A model generated the notes under the pieces. That model was not told the DNA's origin and searched no databases. It saw only the letters and a program-made list of their open reading frames with translations. The position numbers were made by a program, and so were the translations under genes. Below are positions 30,911 to 44,589 of a DNA stretch of 64,000 nucleotides, one piece after another (position 1 is the first letter of the stretch; the number at the start of each line of letters is the position of its first letter). The DNA is from Octopus vulgaris (Eukaryota), in the NCBI GenBank assembly GCA_951406725.2, contig OX597837.1, forward strand, positions 43,338,001 through 43,402,000, in the 5' to 3' direction.

Positions 30911-31658
30911 TGCGTATCTTGGAAAAGAAAAATATAGTCTAAAACTCTCCAAGTTTGAGCTCCTGCAAGGCCACAATTCTGTCACAAAGGTAAGGCTTCA
31001 CTCACTCAAATAAGCCGAATATCTGTTTTCTGTGTTACGTACCATAGACCGAGTATAAAATCCCTAGAAGTGAATGCCCCAAATGCAGATACTAGCGATA
31101 ATGATGATTGTCCGAACAAACCCTTAAAACCAGCATAAACCTCCACACGTATTCATTTCCTACAGCTCTACATATATGTGCGGCTTTGTTTTTCGTTTGT
31201 TTGTTTGTATTTTTTTGTGTTTTTTTTTTTTTTTACCTAAATAGGAAATAAATGATAACATTATCTTTCGAAATAAACAAAGAAATAATAATAACAGAAC
31301 GTCAAGATTTAATTAAATATGAAAAGTAAACAAAACTTAAACAGATCGATACGAAATGATTTATAACCATTTTCTTTTCTCTTCGCTATTGATAATCGTT
31401 ATTTTATTTTGCTACGCTCGCGTGTTTGTGTGCGCGGATGTGCATACAAATATGTGCGCGTGCGAAGGTGTGTTTGTGTATGCGTGTGAGTGCGCGCGTT
31501 TCTGTTTATATTGCTCTAATTAATTTCCAGTTTCATTTATCATTTACCGGATATTTCAATGATATTACGTCTGATACCATTGAACATCTAAACAAGTCGA
31601 CCGGATATAGGCATTGTTTTTTAAACAACGTCTACGATGTATGACATATGGCGGATAC

Positions 31659-31689
<31 letters not shown>

Positions 31690-31707
31690 AAGGTAAACTT
31701 ATGTGTC

Positions 31708-31791
<84 letters not shown>

Positions 31792-31808
31792 TGTATGTAT
31801 GTATGTAC

Positions 31809-31839
<31 letters not shown>

Positions 31840-31845
31840 TGTATG

Positions 31846-31905
<60 letters not shown>

Positions 31906-32315
31906 GACATAGACATACACGCTCATGCACACACATATATATATAAACAAGTATATATGTAAACATATATATAAATATACATATATTTATGTGTGTCTAT
32001 ATATTTATATACATATATTTATGTGTGACGTCTATATGTCTGTATATGCATGCACAATCACATACATTTGTATTGGTATATGTATAAAAGTACATAAATG
32101 CATGCATAGCTATACACATACAAATATACATGCATACATACGTGCATAAAAACACAGATATATGTGTATGTATGTATGTATCTATGTGTATCTGAATGTG
32201 CGTACATTTTCATTTTTACACATATATCATGCGTATGCATGTCTGTGTCAGTGATAGAGTGTATATGATTGCGTGCCAGTAATTGATGTGTGTGTATGTT
32301 CAAACATCCATATTG

Positions 32316-32485
32316 GTTTCAAAGTTTGACAGAAGGCCTGTAATTTCGGAGGAGGGATTAAGTCGATTACATTGACCTCAATGCTCGGCTGGTACTTGAT
32401 TTATCGACCTCGGAATGGTGAAAGGTAAAGTTGACCTGAGCGGAATTTGAATCCAGAACATAGCTATAGACGAAATACCGCTGAG
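32316..32485 (-). mobile_element. SINE group D, 5'-truncated, type-2 tail
   Basis: ggtttcaaagtttg...gacgaaataccgctgagc. Confidence 0.75.
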
Positions 32486-32519
32486 CTTCATTCTGTAGTT
32501 CAAACATAGATATTAAAAG

Positions 32520-32776
32520 ATTTATAAAGTTCCTTCCCGAGTCATACCGGCTCATAAGGGCCGCTTTCCTGTTGTCCATGGAGTATATATTCCCCACCTG
32601 GACGGGACGCCAGTCCTTCGCAGGATTACTCATTTTTGACAGCAAAGTAAACTTGGAACAACTTGCAAATGATGTGTTCTGCTCAAGAGCACAACGCGTC
32701 ACCCGGTCCAGGTATTGAAACCACAATCTTACGATCATGAGTAGGACACTCTAACCACTAAGCCACGCGCCTCCAC
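32520..32776 (-). mobile_element. SINE with group B head and T3 tail
   Basis: Minus strand ggaggcgcgtggcttagtggttagagtg...gtgctcttgagcag...gcgaaggactggcgtcccgtccagg. Homologous to 37406-37656. Confidence 0.8.
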
Positions 32777-33269
32777 AAACACACACATATACATACAGAC
32801 ATTTATTTATGAGTTAACATATTGGAAAGAATATACCGACTTACAATAGGAACCAAACTCCTTCAACGTACAGTTATACAACGTATGGTTATACAAAAAA
32901 GGAAGGTCGCATTAAACAATGTAAAATGAGATGGTCACGCCAAGAGCGCCTTTGATCATATGTCCGTTCAACAAGGTCTCACCTGGAACGAAACAGCGAC
33001 GTTGGTTTTGAATTTAGATCTATTCTTTATAGCATCAGTCAAAACATTTAATTTCCGGGAATAATAGTCAATAACTAATTAGAAACACAGGTACAAAGGC
33101 TCAGGTACAAAGGTTCCAGGTACAAAGGCTTCTTCAAGACGAAGAAAGGAATGCAATATGGTGGTCGCAGAAAATGGCGGTTAGAAATCTTGAGTTTCAG
33201 TTATGCAGTCATGAAGTCCCTAGGTTGATGTCAATTCTCTCTTAACTTCGGTATTTCTGTCCGTTCTTT

Positions 33270-33282
33270 CTCTCTACATATT

Positions 33283-33335
<53 letters not shown>

Positions 33336-33383
33336 CTCTCTCTCTCTCTCAGTATCGCCCTCTCTCTTTGTATATGGATATAT

Positions 33384-33441
<58 letters not shown>

Positions 33442-33740
33442 TCAGCTCCCTCTTTCTATCTCTCTCTCGCTTTCTTTCTCTCAGCCTCACACACACACTC
33501 TCTCTCTCTTTTCTCTCTCTCTCTTTCTCTCTCTCTTTCTTTCTCTCTCTCTCTCTCTTACTTTCTCTCTCTTTCTCTCTCGCTTTCTTTCTCTCAGCCT
33601 CACACACACACACACTCTCTCTCTCTCTCTGTCTTTCTCTCCCTCTCGTTTTCGTTCTCTCAGCCTCACACACACACTCTCTCTCTTTTCTCTCTCTCTC
33701 TCTCTCTGTCTTTCTCTCCCTCTCGCTTTCTTTCTCTCAG

Positions 33741-33778
<38 letters not shown>

Positions 33779-33780
33779 AT
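33270..33780. repeat. (CT)n-rich tract with higher-order repeat ctcgctttctttctctcagcctcacac (about 4 copies)
   Basis: Visible directly. Confidence 0.85.
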
Positions 33781-33839
33781 CACTCTGTCTGCCGTGATAA
33801 ACGATTAGCTTAAGCCCAATAAGTTTGAGTGGTGTTAGT

Positions 33840-35437
33840 GGTGGGGGTAACTAATTTTACACAGAAACAGCGGTAAATTCATGACTTTCAATGTAGAGTG
33901 ATAGTGGTGGTGGTGGTGGTGGTTGTGGGCTGTCATGTTGGGTGGTTGGGCTGTTGCGTGGTTGAATGGTTGCGTGGATGTTTCGGTAGGGGGGATGGAA
34001 CCATTGAATGTATGGTAGGTGATGAGAACAAGAGTTTAATCTAATCTGGATAGTGAAATATGAAGATCAAGGAGATGAAGAGGAGGAGGTGGAGGAAGAA
34101 GGAGGAGGAGGAAAAGAAGATGAGAAAAAGGAGGAGAACATGAAGATCGACGGGGGTGAGGAGGACAATAGGAGGAAGAGGAAGGAGAAGAAGATGAAGA
34201 AGAAAAAGAAGAAGAAGAAGAAGAAGAAGAATGAAGAAGAAAAGGAGGAGGAAAAAGAAGAAGAAGAAGAATGAAGAAGAAAAGGAGGAAGAAGAGAAGA
34301 AGAAGAAGAAGAAGAAGAAGAAGAATGAAGAAGAAAAGGAGGAAGAAGAAGAAGAAGAAGAAGAATGAAGAAGAAAAGGAGGAAGAAGAAGAAGAAGAAT
34401 GAAGAAGAAAAGGAGGAAGAAGAAGAAGAAGAAGAAGAAAAAGAAGAAGAAGAAGAAGAAGAAGAAGAAGAAGAAAAGGAAGAAGAAGAAGAAGAAGAAG
34501 AAGAAGAAGAAGAAGAAGAAGAATGAAGAAGAAAAGGAGGAAGAAGAAGAAGATGAAGAAGAAGAAGAAGAAGAAGAAGAAGAAGAAGAAGAAGAAGAAG
34601 AAGAAGAAGAAGAAGAATGAAGGGGTAGAAGAGGACAAGAAGAAAGAGAAAGAATCAAGAAGACTCAACATGAAACTGAAGGAGAAAAAGAAGCAGAAAA
34701 GGAAGACGAGGGAGAAAAAGCTTAAAGTCCAACCCTTGCTTCCAACGTGCCTTTTTATTGGGACACACATAATTCTTCAGGTGAATAATTGCCATTTAAC
34801 ACCATGATCAACCTGCCCGAATACGATCTGTCTTCAGTTCACCTAAATTTGAAACAACTCAGGAAAGCCAAAAAAAAAAAACCCAAAAATAAAAACACAG
34901 AATATTTCATATAATTTCACTGCGGTGAATCCAACCAGATCATTTCAGACGCCATATTACACAAGACAGATAAATAGGAAAAATCGCTTATGTTTATACT
35001 TAGCTTCACTCAAGCGTGCCATACATCGCTCCGCCTCCTTTCTTTCATACACACAGTTGGTTTTAATCATATACAGTGTTCGATATCCTCTAATCAACAC
35101 GCTAATCAATAGACAGAGCCGGGCAGATCAAATCTTCGTTCACGTAATCTCCTTTATTCCTTTAGCCTAATGCAGACTTTCAGAGGTCAGTTATTTAACC
35201 TAAATCCTCTTTCTTCATAATGAATTTATCGCTACCCTTTCTTTCATTTCTTCTTCTTCTTCTTCTTCTTCTTCTTCTTCTTCTTCTTCTTCTTCTTCTT
35301 CTTCGTTTTCTTCTTCCTCCTTTTCTTCTTCTTCATTCTTCATCTTCTTCTTCTTCTTCTTCTTCTTCTTCTTCTTCTTCTTCTTTTTCTTCTTCTTCTT
35401 CTTCTTCCCCCTTTTCTTCTTCATTCTTCATTCTTCA

Positions 35438-35468
<31 letters not shown>

Positions 35469-35598
35469 CTTCTTCTTCTTCTTCTTCTTTTTTTTCTTCT
35501 TCTTTTTCTTCTTCTTCTCTTTTTCTTCTTCTTCTACTTCTTCTTCTTATCCTCCTCCTGCTCCTTCTTCTTCCTCCTTTTCTTCTTCTTCATTCTTT

Positions 35599-35652
<54 letters not shown>

Positions 35653-35660
35653 TTCTTCTT

Positions 35661-35691
<31 letters not shown>

Positions 35692-36030
35692 TCCTCCTCC
35701 TCCTCCTCCTCCTTCTTCTTCTTCCTCCTTTTCTTCTTCTTCATTCTTCATCATCATCTTCTTCTTCTTCTTCTTCTTCCTTTTCTTCTTCTTCTTCATT
35801 CTTCATCTTCTGCACACTACGCTATCCAGATGAGATTAAACCATTGTTCACAACACCCACCCACCCCACCCGCAACCATCAAACGCAACCCACAAATAAT
35901 ACCATAATGCACCCGACCGATCAAACACCCACCCACCCATCCCTCCACCCCCAACCACCACCACCACCACCAGCAAATAGAAACTCGTAAATCTACTTGT
36001 TGTATCGTTGTTATAAAATCTAGTTCCCTA
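33840..36030. repeat. Degenerate long inverted repeat with (GAA)n and (TTC)n arms
   Basis: tttaatctaatctggatagtg (34035) versus cgctatccagatgagattaaa (35820); (GGT)n versus (CCA)n; shared interrupting motif gaatgaagaagaaaaggagg. Confidence 0.8.
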
Positions 36031-36117
36031 CCTCACAATATCTTAATGTTCTAATTCTCTCGCCTCTTATGAACAATACTCGACTCTGCTTTTGTCTGAT
36101 TTCTCCTTGCTCTTAAC

Positions 36118-36170
<53 letters not shown>

Positions 36171-36853
36171 GAATTACCTTTTGTTTCATTCCGTCCCTGA
36201 TGTTCTCTTCATTATCCTCTTCTCTTTCATCTCTTTCCGGTTGTTGAAGTTAATTCTCTTCAACCACATTGCTTGAGAATATCACGGCCGCCATTTAATC
36301 ACACAACTTTACTCTAATAATTCTCTGTTCTCTCTCTCTCTTTCTCTCTCTCTCTGTCTTCCTCGCTTTCTCCCCTTCTCACTCACTCAGTCACTCACTC
36401 ACTCACTCACTCAATCATTCACTCACTCATTCTCTTTATCTTGGAAATAGAAGAAATCAATAAATTTAGTATACAAAGGGACTGAAAGTGATTAGGCCAG
36501 TGAAAATGGTACTAGAATACTTTAACCCTTTCTTTGGCACATTTCTCTTGAAATATTCAGCCTTGCTTTCAATTAATTTCGAAAATTATGAAAAATGTTG
36601 CAACATAACTTTGTTAACGTTCAAAAAGTATTTGATGGAAGGCTGTAATTTAGATCACGTTAACGCAGTTGTTATCATATTTCCGTTGAAATACGGTACC
36701 TTACTTTCAATGAATTTTGAAAATTACGAAGAATTTGGTAGAGTAATTTTTTCGTAATTTATTTGGTATTTGGAACAAATTCACAATAAATATTGATGGA
36801 AGGTTTCAGTTTCGCTCACTGCTTTGCTTTGAATTGATTTTGAAAATAATCAA

Positions 36854-37151
36854 TCGGGCATATTGCATCGTGGTTAACAGCGCGGGCTACTAACCCCAAG
36901 ATTCCTAGTTCAATTCCAACAACAACAACAACAACGACGACAACAACAATAATAATAATAATAATAACATCGAAGAATACCTTAGGAATGAGGACCCAGG
37001 TTCGAAATTTCCCCAAGACACCTGAAGAAGGCTGGAGGGTATATCAGCCGAAATGTTGTGTTAACAACAAACAAGATGAGGACAAATATTCTTGGAATGT
37101 AAATAATGTAAATAATGTACATAATTCCTCATCTCTTAAATATAGAACTGT
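36854..37151 (+). mobile_element. tRNA-headed element with (AAC/AAT)n linker and hammerhead-bearing 3' part
   Basis: A box tgcatcgtgg, anticodon-like arm gggctactaacccc, B box agttcaattcc. The host repeat resumes on both sides, with atcaa duplicated (36849-36853, 37152-37156). Confidence 0.75.
37017..37062 (+). ncRNA. Minimal type-I hammerhead ribozyme motif (Penelope-like-element type)
   Basis: Stem I gacac/gtgtt; CTGAAGA 37022-37028; stem II ggctg/cagcc; GAAA 37050-37053; tgtt (probably from palindromic aacgtt by CpG decay). Confidence 0.75.
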
Positions 37152-37405
37152 ATCAAGAATTTTGCAAAATAACTGGCTGGTGATTGCAATATAACATGAA
37201 ATTTTCATGGAACGTTTGAATTTAGATAGGATTTAAAACTTCTGTTAGCATATTTCTGTTGTAATACATACACTGCCTTTTAAATAATTTTTTTTAATTA
37301 TGAAAAATTTAGTAAAATAACATTGTTATAATTAAGTCAAATTTACGAACATGCACTACTGAAATTTTAATGAAAGTTTTCAATTTAGATAACGTTAATC
37401 CTTTC

Positions 37406-37656
37406 GCATGGCTTAGTGGCTAGGGTGTCAGCATCATGATCGTAAGATTGTGGTTTCGATTCCTGGGCCGGGCGACGCGTTGTGTCCTTGAGCAAAACAC
37501 TTCATTTCACGTTGCTCAAGTCCACTAAGCTGGCAAAAATAAATAACGCTGCGATGGACTGGCGTCCCGTCCAGTTGGGGAACACATACGCCATAGAAAC
37601 CGGGAAACCGGGCCCAAGAGCCTGGCTAGGCTTTAAAAGGGCGCATTGATTGATTG
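37406..37656 (+). mobile_element. SINE with group B head and T3 tail
   Basis: tRNA-like head, gtgtccttgagcaaaacact, gcgatggactggcgtcccgtccag, (ATTG)n end. TSD aatcctttcg at 37397-37406 and 37657-37666. Confidence 0.9.
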
Positions 37657-37710
37657 AATCCTTTCGTTATCCTATTTCTCTGGAAATACAATACCTTGCT
37701 TTGAAATAAT

Positions 37711-37904
37711 GTCCCTCGTTTAAGAAACAGATTGGGTTCATTTACGTTTCTCAAGTAAAAAAAGATACCCTCCCCCACCCCTTACCTTAACCCTAACCCT
37801 AAAACAGATTGAAATGCAATAGATCGATACTAGGGTCATAATTATGGGTGACAATTTCATGTGACACCGCTAGAAAAAAACTGCCGTTCAAACCGAAAAG
37901 ATCC
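37711..37904 (-). mobile_element. Short non-autonomous element with internal TTAGGG-like repeats (Helentron/HINE-like)
   Basis: Minus strand begins ggatcttttcggtttgaacggcag and contains ttagggttagggttaagg. Class assignment is by resemblance only. Confidence 0.35.
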
Positions 37905-37929
37905 AAAACTATTGCAACGCACAGTTGGA

Positions 37930-39290
37930 TGAACACTTTCTACTAGTTACAAATTCTTTTTACAGTTACATTTCATTAACACTCTTGTGTCTGAAAGTAA
38001 AAATCATTTTCATTGCTTTACCACCATCGTAGATAAATTTATAAATTTCCTTCTAATATTTTTGCGAATTATCCCATAATACTATATTGCGAATTATCCC
38101 ATAGTACATAAAATTCTTGTGTATAATACATGTTGCAACAAGGACTTACCATGTGGCAATATAATTTTAATACAGCACACTGATTAAGAAAGAATTCACT
38201 TCATGCAATAGCTTATCATTAACCCTTTTGTGCTTGAAAAGGAAATCCTTTTTAATGGTTCTTTATTATATCTGAAAAATTTATATATTTCCGCAATGGA
38301 TTCTCTTCGAAGTATTGAACCCGTTGTAAGGTTTTCTTAAGAAAAAGTCAATGGTATTGGAAGATAATTCTTCAGCAACATAGGAATATGGTATTAAATG
38401 GCGTGAGAGTAAAATGCATTTTATGAGAATCATGTTTGGATGATCTAATTTCATTAACGTATATAGAGAGAATTATTAACAGCTCAAAGGTTTGAAACTG
38501 GTTCTGTTGCAATAACGAAACAGTTTTTTTTAATATTAATTCCAAAGAACGTTTTAACAACCTGACGCAACATTGCAGCAGCAGTTTTTGTAACGAAACC
38601 CTAAAACCTGAGATTCAACGTCATTTCCTGCTTATTATATCCACCCTAACTCTCAACCCCCTCACAGACTTTTTACAAGCAATATCATAAATTTGATGCA
38701 ACGATTCGGCAGTGGTTTCTCTAATAGAAATTAATCCCAAAATTGTTGTGTGTATTTTTATTTTGTTTGTTATGGAAATATCTAAAAAAAACGCAAACAC
38801 AGACACATATGCAGATGCATTTTACAAGCAATATCAGTAGGTTTGTGGAAAAGCAAAGAGGATTAACTATTACTTATAGCTTAGGTTTGTTCTTTCACTA
38901 AAGATGAGGCAATAACATTTTATATAAGTGCCGTGCATTTTGATCTATGTACTTTCAATTTAGCTCTAAGGGATGATGAAGGAATTCCTTTATTAATAAG
39001 TTCTCCTAAACGATTGATGCCACGAACACTTCGATGACAAGTCGCAAATGCTCCTCTTTAGTATTTCAACTTTGTTATTTTTCTTCTGAAATAAACCTCC
39101 TTCGACATTTTCTAATCAATTTGAGTTTATTGTGACACAGTTTTTCTTGTGTTTAGCTTACGAAACATATTTCTCTAAGTTCGTGTTTCGTGGTTGCACA
39201 CATAACAAAAATACTTTATTGCTCGCTTGTAATATTTTCCTCTGCCAATTTCGAAAATAGTGGATTTGAAACATTTATCATACTCTGACC
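37930..39290 (-). pseudogene. Second decayed hAT transposase, paralog of 28140-29725
   Basis: Near-identical blocks such as gctaaattgaaagtacatagatcaaaatgcacggcacttatataaaat in opposite orientation; unrelated insert near 38555-38680. Confidence 0.85.
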
Positions 39291-39339
39291 ACAGTCTTAT
39301 TGTAGAAGTCCTGCTTGCTTAGTTTTGAAATGATATTGA

Positions 39340-39550
39340 TTTCAAAAGTCAGTAAAAGACCAGCAAATTTCGGGAAGGGACAAAGTCGAATACTTCGATG
39401 CCAGTGCTCAAGTATTATTTATTTTATCGACCCCGAAAAGATGAAAGGCAAAGGTGACATTGGTGGCATTTGAACTCAGAACGTAAAGACGGATGAAGTA
39501 CAGCTAAGCAATTTTCCCGGCGTGCAACCGATTCTGCCAGCAGGCCACTT
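39340..39550 (-). mobile_element. SINE group D monomer, type-2 tail
   Basis: Reverse complement of head and unit. Confidence 0.8.
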
Positions 39551-39557
39551 TACATAA

Positions 39558-39955
39558 TACTCTTTTACTTGTTTCAGTCATTTGACTGCGTTCATGCTGG
39601 AGCACCGCCTTTAGTCGAGCAAATCGGCAAATCGACTCCAGGACTTTTTCTTTCTAAGCCTAGTACTTATTCTATCGGTGTCTTTTGCCGAACCGCTAAG
39701 TAACGGGGACGTAAACACACCAGCACCGGTTGTCAAGTGATGTTGGGGGGTCAAACACAGACGCACAAACATATACACACATATACATATATACATATAT
39801 ATACCATATATACGACGGGCTTCTTGTAGTTTCCGTCTGCCAAATCCACTCACAAGGCTTTGGTCGGTCCGAGGCTATAATAGAAGACACTTGCACAAGG
39901 TGCCACGCAGTGGGACTGAACCCGGAACCATGTGGTTGGTAAACAAGCTAGCTTG
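39558..39955 (-). mobile_element. SINE group C, near full length
   Basis: Colinear with the reverse complement of 46911-47345; internal (TA/CA)n. Confidence 0.9.
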
Positions 39956-40377
39956 ATCAGGGTTAAAGAATTCCACTTCGTCAAACATAAATGTGTTACT
40001 GCGCAAGTCATTGATCATCTGATTGATCATGTGAACGTCATTCAATCGAGTACATGCTGCCAAGATTCTATGTACTTCGTTATATCAGGGAGGCTCTATG
40101 TGATCAGTATACATGTTAGAAATAGCAGCTAAGTGCTGACACCTTGCCGTTTTAATTTGCCTGTAAATTTTGCTGATTGGCTAAATATACCGCTTCTTTT
40201 AGTTTCTAAATAAAACTGAATGGTAGCGGGATCAATGTAAACATTTTAACTCCGTGAATTTGCTATGTTGAAGAAGTTGAATTGTGCCTTATGTTTGAAG
40301 ATAAGGAATTCAGCTGACGAAAACGCCCGTAATGAATTCAATTCACACGTGCCTCTTTGTTACTCATATTTTATTTA

Positions 40378-40434
<57 letters not shown>

Positions 40435-40614
40435 CTGAATAATATATATATATATATATATATACATACATAAATATATATATGTATATATATATATATA
40501 GATAGATAGATAGATAGATAGATATGTTTACATATATATATATTTATGTGTGTGTGTGTATCTATCTATCAGTCTATCTGTCTATGTATGTATCTCTCTA
40601 TATCTATCTATCTA

Positions 40615-40690
<76 letters not shown>

Positions 40691-40759
40691 ATATATATAT
40701 ATATATATATACATATATATATACATGTATGTATATATATATATATATATATATATAAT

Positions 40760-40906
40760 ACGAAGGACTTCTTTCAGTTTCTGTTTACCAAGTCCATTCG
40801 CAAGGCTTTAGTCAGCTCGCGGCTATAGAAAAGGATACCTATTGAAGTGGGACTGAACCCCTAACCATGTGGTTTGGAAGTAACCTTCTTACCACACAGC
40901 CACGCC
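40760..40906 (-). mobile_element. SINE group C, 5' part
   Basis: cttaccacacagccacgcct is the reverse complement of the head. Confidence 0.75.
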
Positions 40907-41379
40907 TCTTAAATTTATGCTTTTCTGTTTAAATCTTCCTTATTCTAAATATTCCACTTTTAGCGTGTGTTTATAAACAACGTCTGAAGATTTACTGCAT
41001 TTTAACTTCGCACAAGCATTTAACGATTTCTTAACGATTGAAACCTGAGTCCATAAACACGATCTAAGACGTTCCAACCGCGACTAGCACACCCAACCGC
41101 GACTACCACATCCAACCGTGACTAGCACATTACAACAGCATAGCATAGTGCATTCAGGTTAGCTTTAAAGGTGAACATAATTGGCTTCTTTTTGAAAGAT
41201 GGTAAGATGTCAATTAATGGGGATTTGGTTAGTATTTCTAGCATGTCGCAGGTAATTCAGTGACAAGGAATCATAACAGTCTTTGAGTATATGATTCTAC
41301 ATCAATGAAACTATCGTAAAATCCGAATCACGAAATGCAAAACGGGAAAACACGCGAGCAAAATTGTAAGATCTCAACA

Positions 41380-41650
41380 CACGCCATGCCACGCTCTCAA
41401 TCTTTTTCCTTCTCAAACGAATTCGAATTGGTTCGCAGTTCAACGTCGTTCTTCTCTCATGCGAAAGAAATTATGGATGGCCGACCGTATAAAGAGAATC
41501 AACGACTTGATTTTGAAGAGACCGCCTGGCCAGAAGTATATTCAAACCATGCAATCAAAGGAATATAGCTTTAAAAGAAATTCATTCGTCCATCAATTTT
41601 ATAAACAGTAAGCTGGGGAGCGGAGATCAAAGAACCGCTGGAAAGGAAAT
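41380..41650 (+). mobile_element. Possible decayed Gypsy gag fragment
   Basis: Across frameshifts reads WF..., NDLILKRPPGQKY and LGER, in a spacing like Gypsy gag N-terminal domains. Weak. Confidence 0.3.
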
Positions 41651-41889
41651 ATCGCATTGATTTTTACATGTTATGGTTTTAAAGCCGAAAAAGAAGGATT
41701 TCCAGTTTAGTCAAAACCAAATTACCCCATTTAGTTCTTTTGAGAGATTTTGCTAATAACTTCTTAGTAAGTACATGCGTATCAAAACAGATAAGTATCT
41801 ATCTAAACATGTTAAATATCTTTGCTATAGAAACACACACAAATACATACATACATACATATATACATACAGTCATACGCATATATGAC

Positions 41890-42535
41890 GTACATACGTA
41901 CGTAGTGCTTACATATATACACGCACATACATATATACAAACATTTTAATTCGCATATAGACAGATATATTATTACATACACATTCATAAATATAACCAT
42001 TTATGCATACATAGTTACCATTAAACAGACATAGATACGTGTATAGGTATATAAATTGATTTATAGATACGTACACACATACATACATATATATATATAT
42101 ATGTACATACATACATACATACATAAATATATACATACATACATACATACATACATACATACATTCATACATACATACATACATACATACATACGTACAT
42201 AGTACTTACATACGAACATACATACATATATACAAGCATTTTAATTCGCATATAGACAGATATATTAATACCCATGCACATTCATAAATATATACATTTA
42301 TGCATACATAGTTACCATTAAACAGACATAGATACATGTATAGGTATATACATTGATTTATAGATACATACACACATACATATATACATACATACGTACA
42401 TACGTACGTACATAGTACTTACATACATACGAACCTACAAACATACATACATACATACAAAAATTTTAATTCGCATATAGACATATATTAATACACATAC
42501 ACTTTCATAAATATATCCATCTATACATTGATACA
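41890..42535 (+). repeat. Microsatellite-rich tandem triplication (~215-300 bp period)
   Basis: attttaattcgcatatagaca recurs near 41943, 42238 and 42463; tttatgcatacatagttaccattaaacagacatagatac occurs twice. Confidence 0.85.
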
Positions 42536-42546
42536 TACACACACAC

Positions 42547-42605
<59 letters not shown>

Positions 42606-42850
42606 TATATATATATTTATGTTCATCCATACCTATATGCATATACATATATATACATATGTTTCATCAAAGGCATGAGCTAAAGTAGCTCTGTGAATCT
42701 GTGTATTCTGCATAATATTAAGCTTGTGTACACCACATTATACGCTGCTACCAAAATAAATACATGCCTTTAAGAGTCAGGATAAAACTGCAATACACCA
42801 ATCACAGATGCATAAAGCTTTCTCTATGCGTGTATATGTCTGTGTGTGTG

Positions 42851-42887
<37 letters not shown>

Positions 42888-42967
42888 TATATGTATATAC
42901 AGATGTATGAAGACATATGTATTTATACACACACGCACACACACACATATATATATACATATATATA

Positions 42968-43053
<86 letters not shown>

Positions 43054-43160
43054 CAATAACGTATGTATATATGTTTTATATTCCTTTCTTTTTCTTCCAT
43101 TTTGTTCCTGGTTTTCTATCTCTACATTTCGTAAAACCGATTAAATATTTTCCCTTTTCT

Positions 43161-43201
<41 letters not shown>

Positions 43202-43535
43202 GCAGTCTTTCCTCCCCCTCTCTGTGGCTCAGCTTATCTCTGTCTGACTGTCTGTTAGGTTGTATGACGGTCTGTCTGTCTGTCAGTCTGTCGCTGTTCA
43301 TAACTAAAAAAAAAAAGTGAACTATGAAAAGCCAACTTTTACCATGAGTGGAAGATGAACTTGAAGTTCTGTAGAGGTTCTCGTACCACATCTATTCACA
43401 TTTTATTGCATTTTAATATTTCATTTCGGCAACGATAAACTGTTTTCTCTGCACTTTCATATGCATTATATATAACGTCTCTCTTCTCCCCCTCTCTCTT
43501 CTTACATTAATACACACACACACACACACACACAA

Positions 43536-43567
<32 letters not shown>

Positions 43568-43610
43568 GATGCGTATATATGTACATATATACATATTTGC
43601 GGATGCATAA

Positions 43611-43641
<31 letters not shown>

Positions 43642-43819
43642 TATATATACATATATAAGTGTGTGTCTGTGTGTATATATAGATACATACATATATGTCT
43701 CATGTCCGTATATATATCTGCATATAGATATACATATATATATATATATATGTATGTATATATATATATACATATATATATATGTATATATATGTATATA
43801 TATATATATGTATGTATGC

Positions 43820-43860
<41 letters not shown>

Positions 43861-44589
43861 TGTATATATGTATATATATGCATATATACACGTACGTATA
43901 CATGCATACAACTATACATACATATACATACGCATTTCTCAGTCCCAGTATTTTCTCGTTTTATAGGACTTCGTCTCTCTTTTCCTCTTTCATTTATACC
44001 TTTTCCCATCTTTTTCCCCTCAACCTGCAAATTCACTTCATCATAAACATAATACTTACTTGAATTTACACGCCTCTCTAATAAGTATATATATATTTAT
44101 TCCTTCACCATCTTTCCTAAAAACACGCCCTCTTTCTACTTCTTCTTTGTATTGAACACGATATAAACAAGAAATTATCTCCTATCGTCTTCCTCTGATT
44201 CTTCCTCCCTATATTTTGTCACGTCATACATCATTACTAATCTTACAGTATCTTATTCGTTTTCACACTCCTCACCAATAAACATGTTTCCCATAAAGTT
44301 AATTGTATCCACTTCTCACTATCCATTTTATTTTCTTCTTTCTATATGACTTCTTTTAATATTTGCTTTCTTTTCTTATTCTCTCAATGCCCTAACATTT
44401 TGTCTTATCTCTTGTATCTCATTTTTGTGTTGTTCGTGTTCTTTGAATCAAAATAACTATACATTTTTATATAATATTTTTGGTTCTCAGTAATATATAT
44501 ACTCCTCAGCTTGACCAAATTTTTAACACCTATAATCTAGTACAAATTGAACAATTAAAGACTAATCGAAAACTGCTAACGCAAAACTT

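Larger units (their letters stand above)
36522..37710 (+). repeat. Degenerate ~140-150 bp tandem repeat starting TTAACCCTTT (piggyBac-end-like), interrupted by two insertions
   Basis: Recurring catatttct.ttgaaata...aattaatttt.gaaaatta...ttgatggaaggt...aatttagat; another copy near 46769. Confidence 0.6.

Noticed and set aside
37786-37802. Interstitial telomere
   Set aside because: Only 2-3 CCCTAA-like units, embedded in a dispersed repeat.
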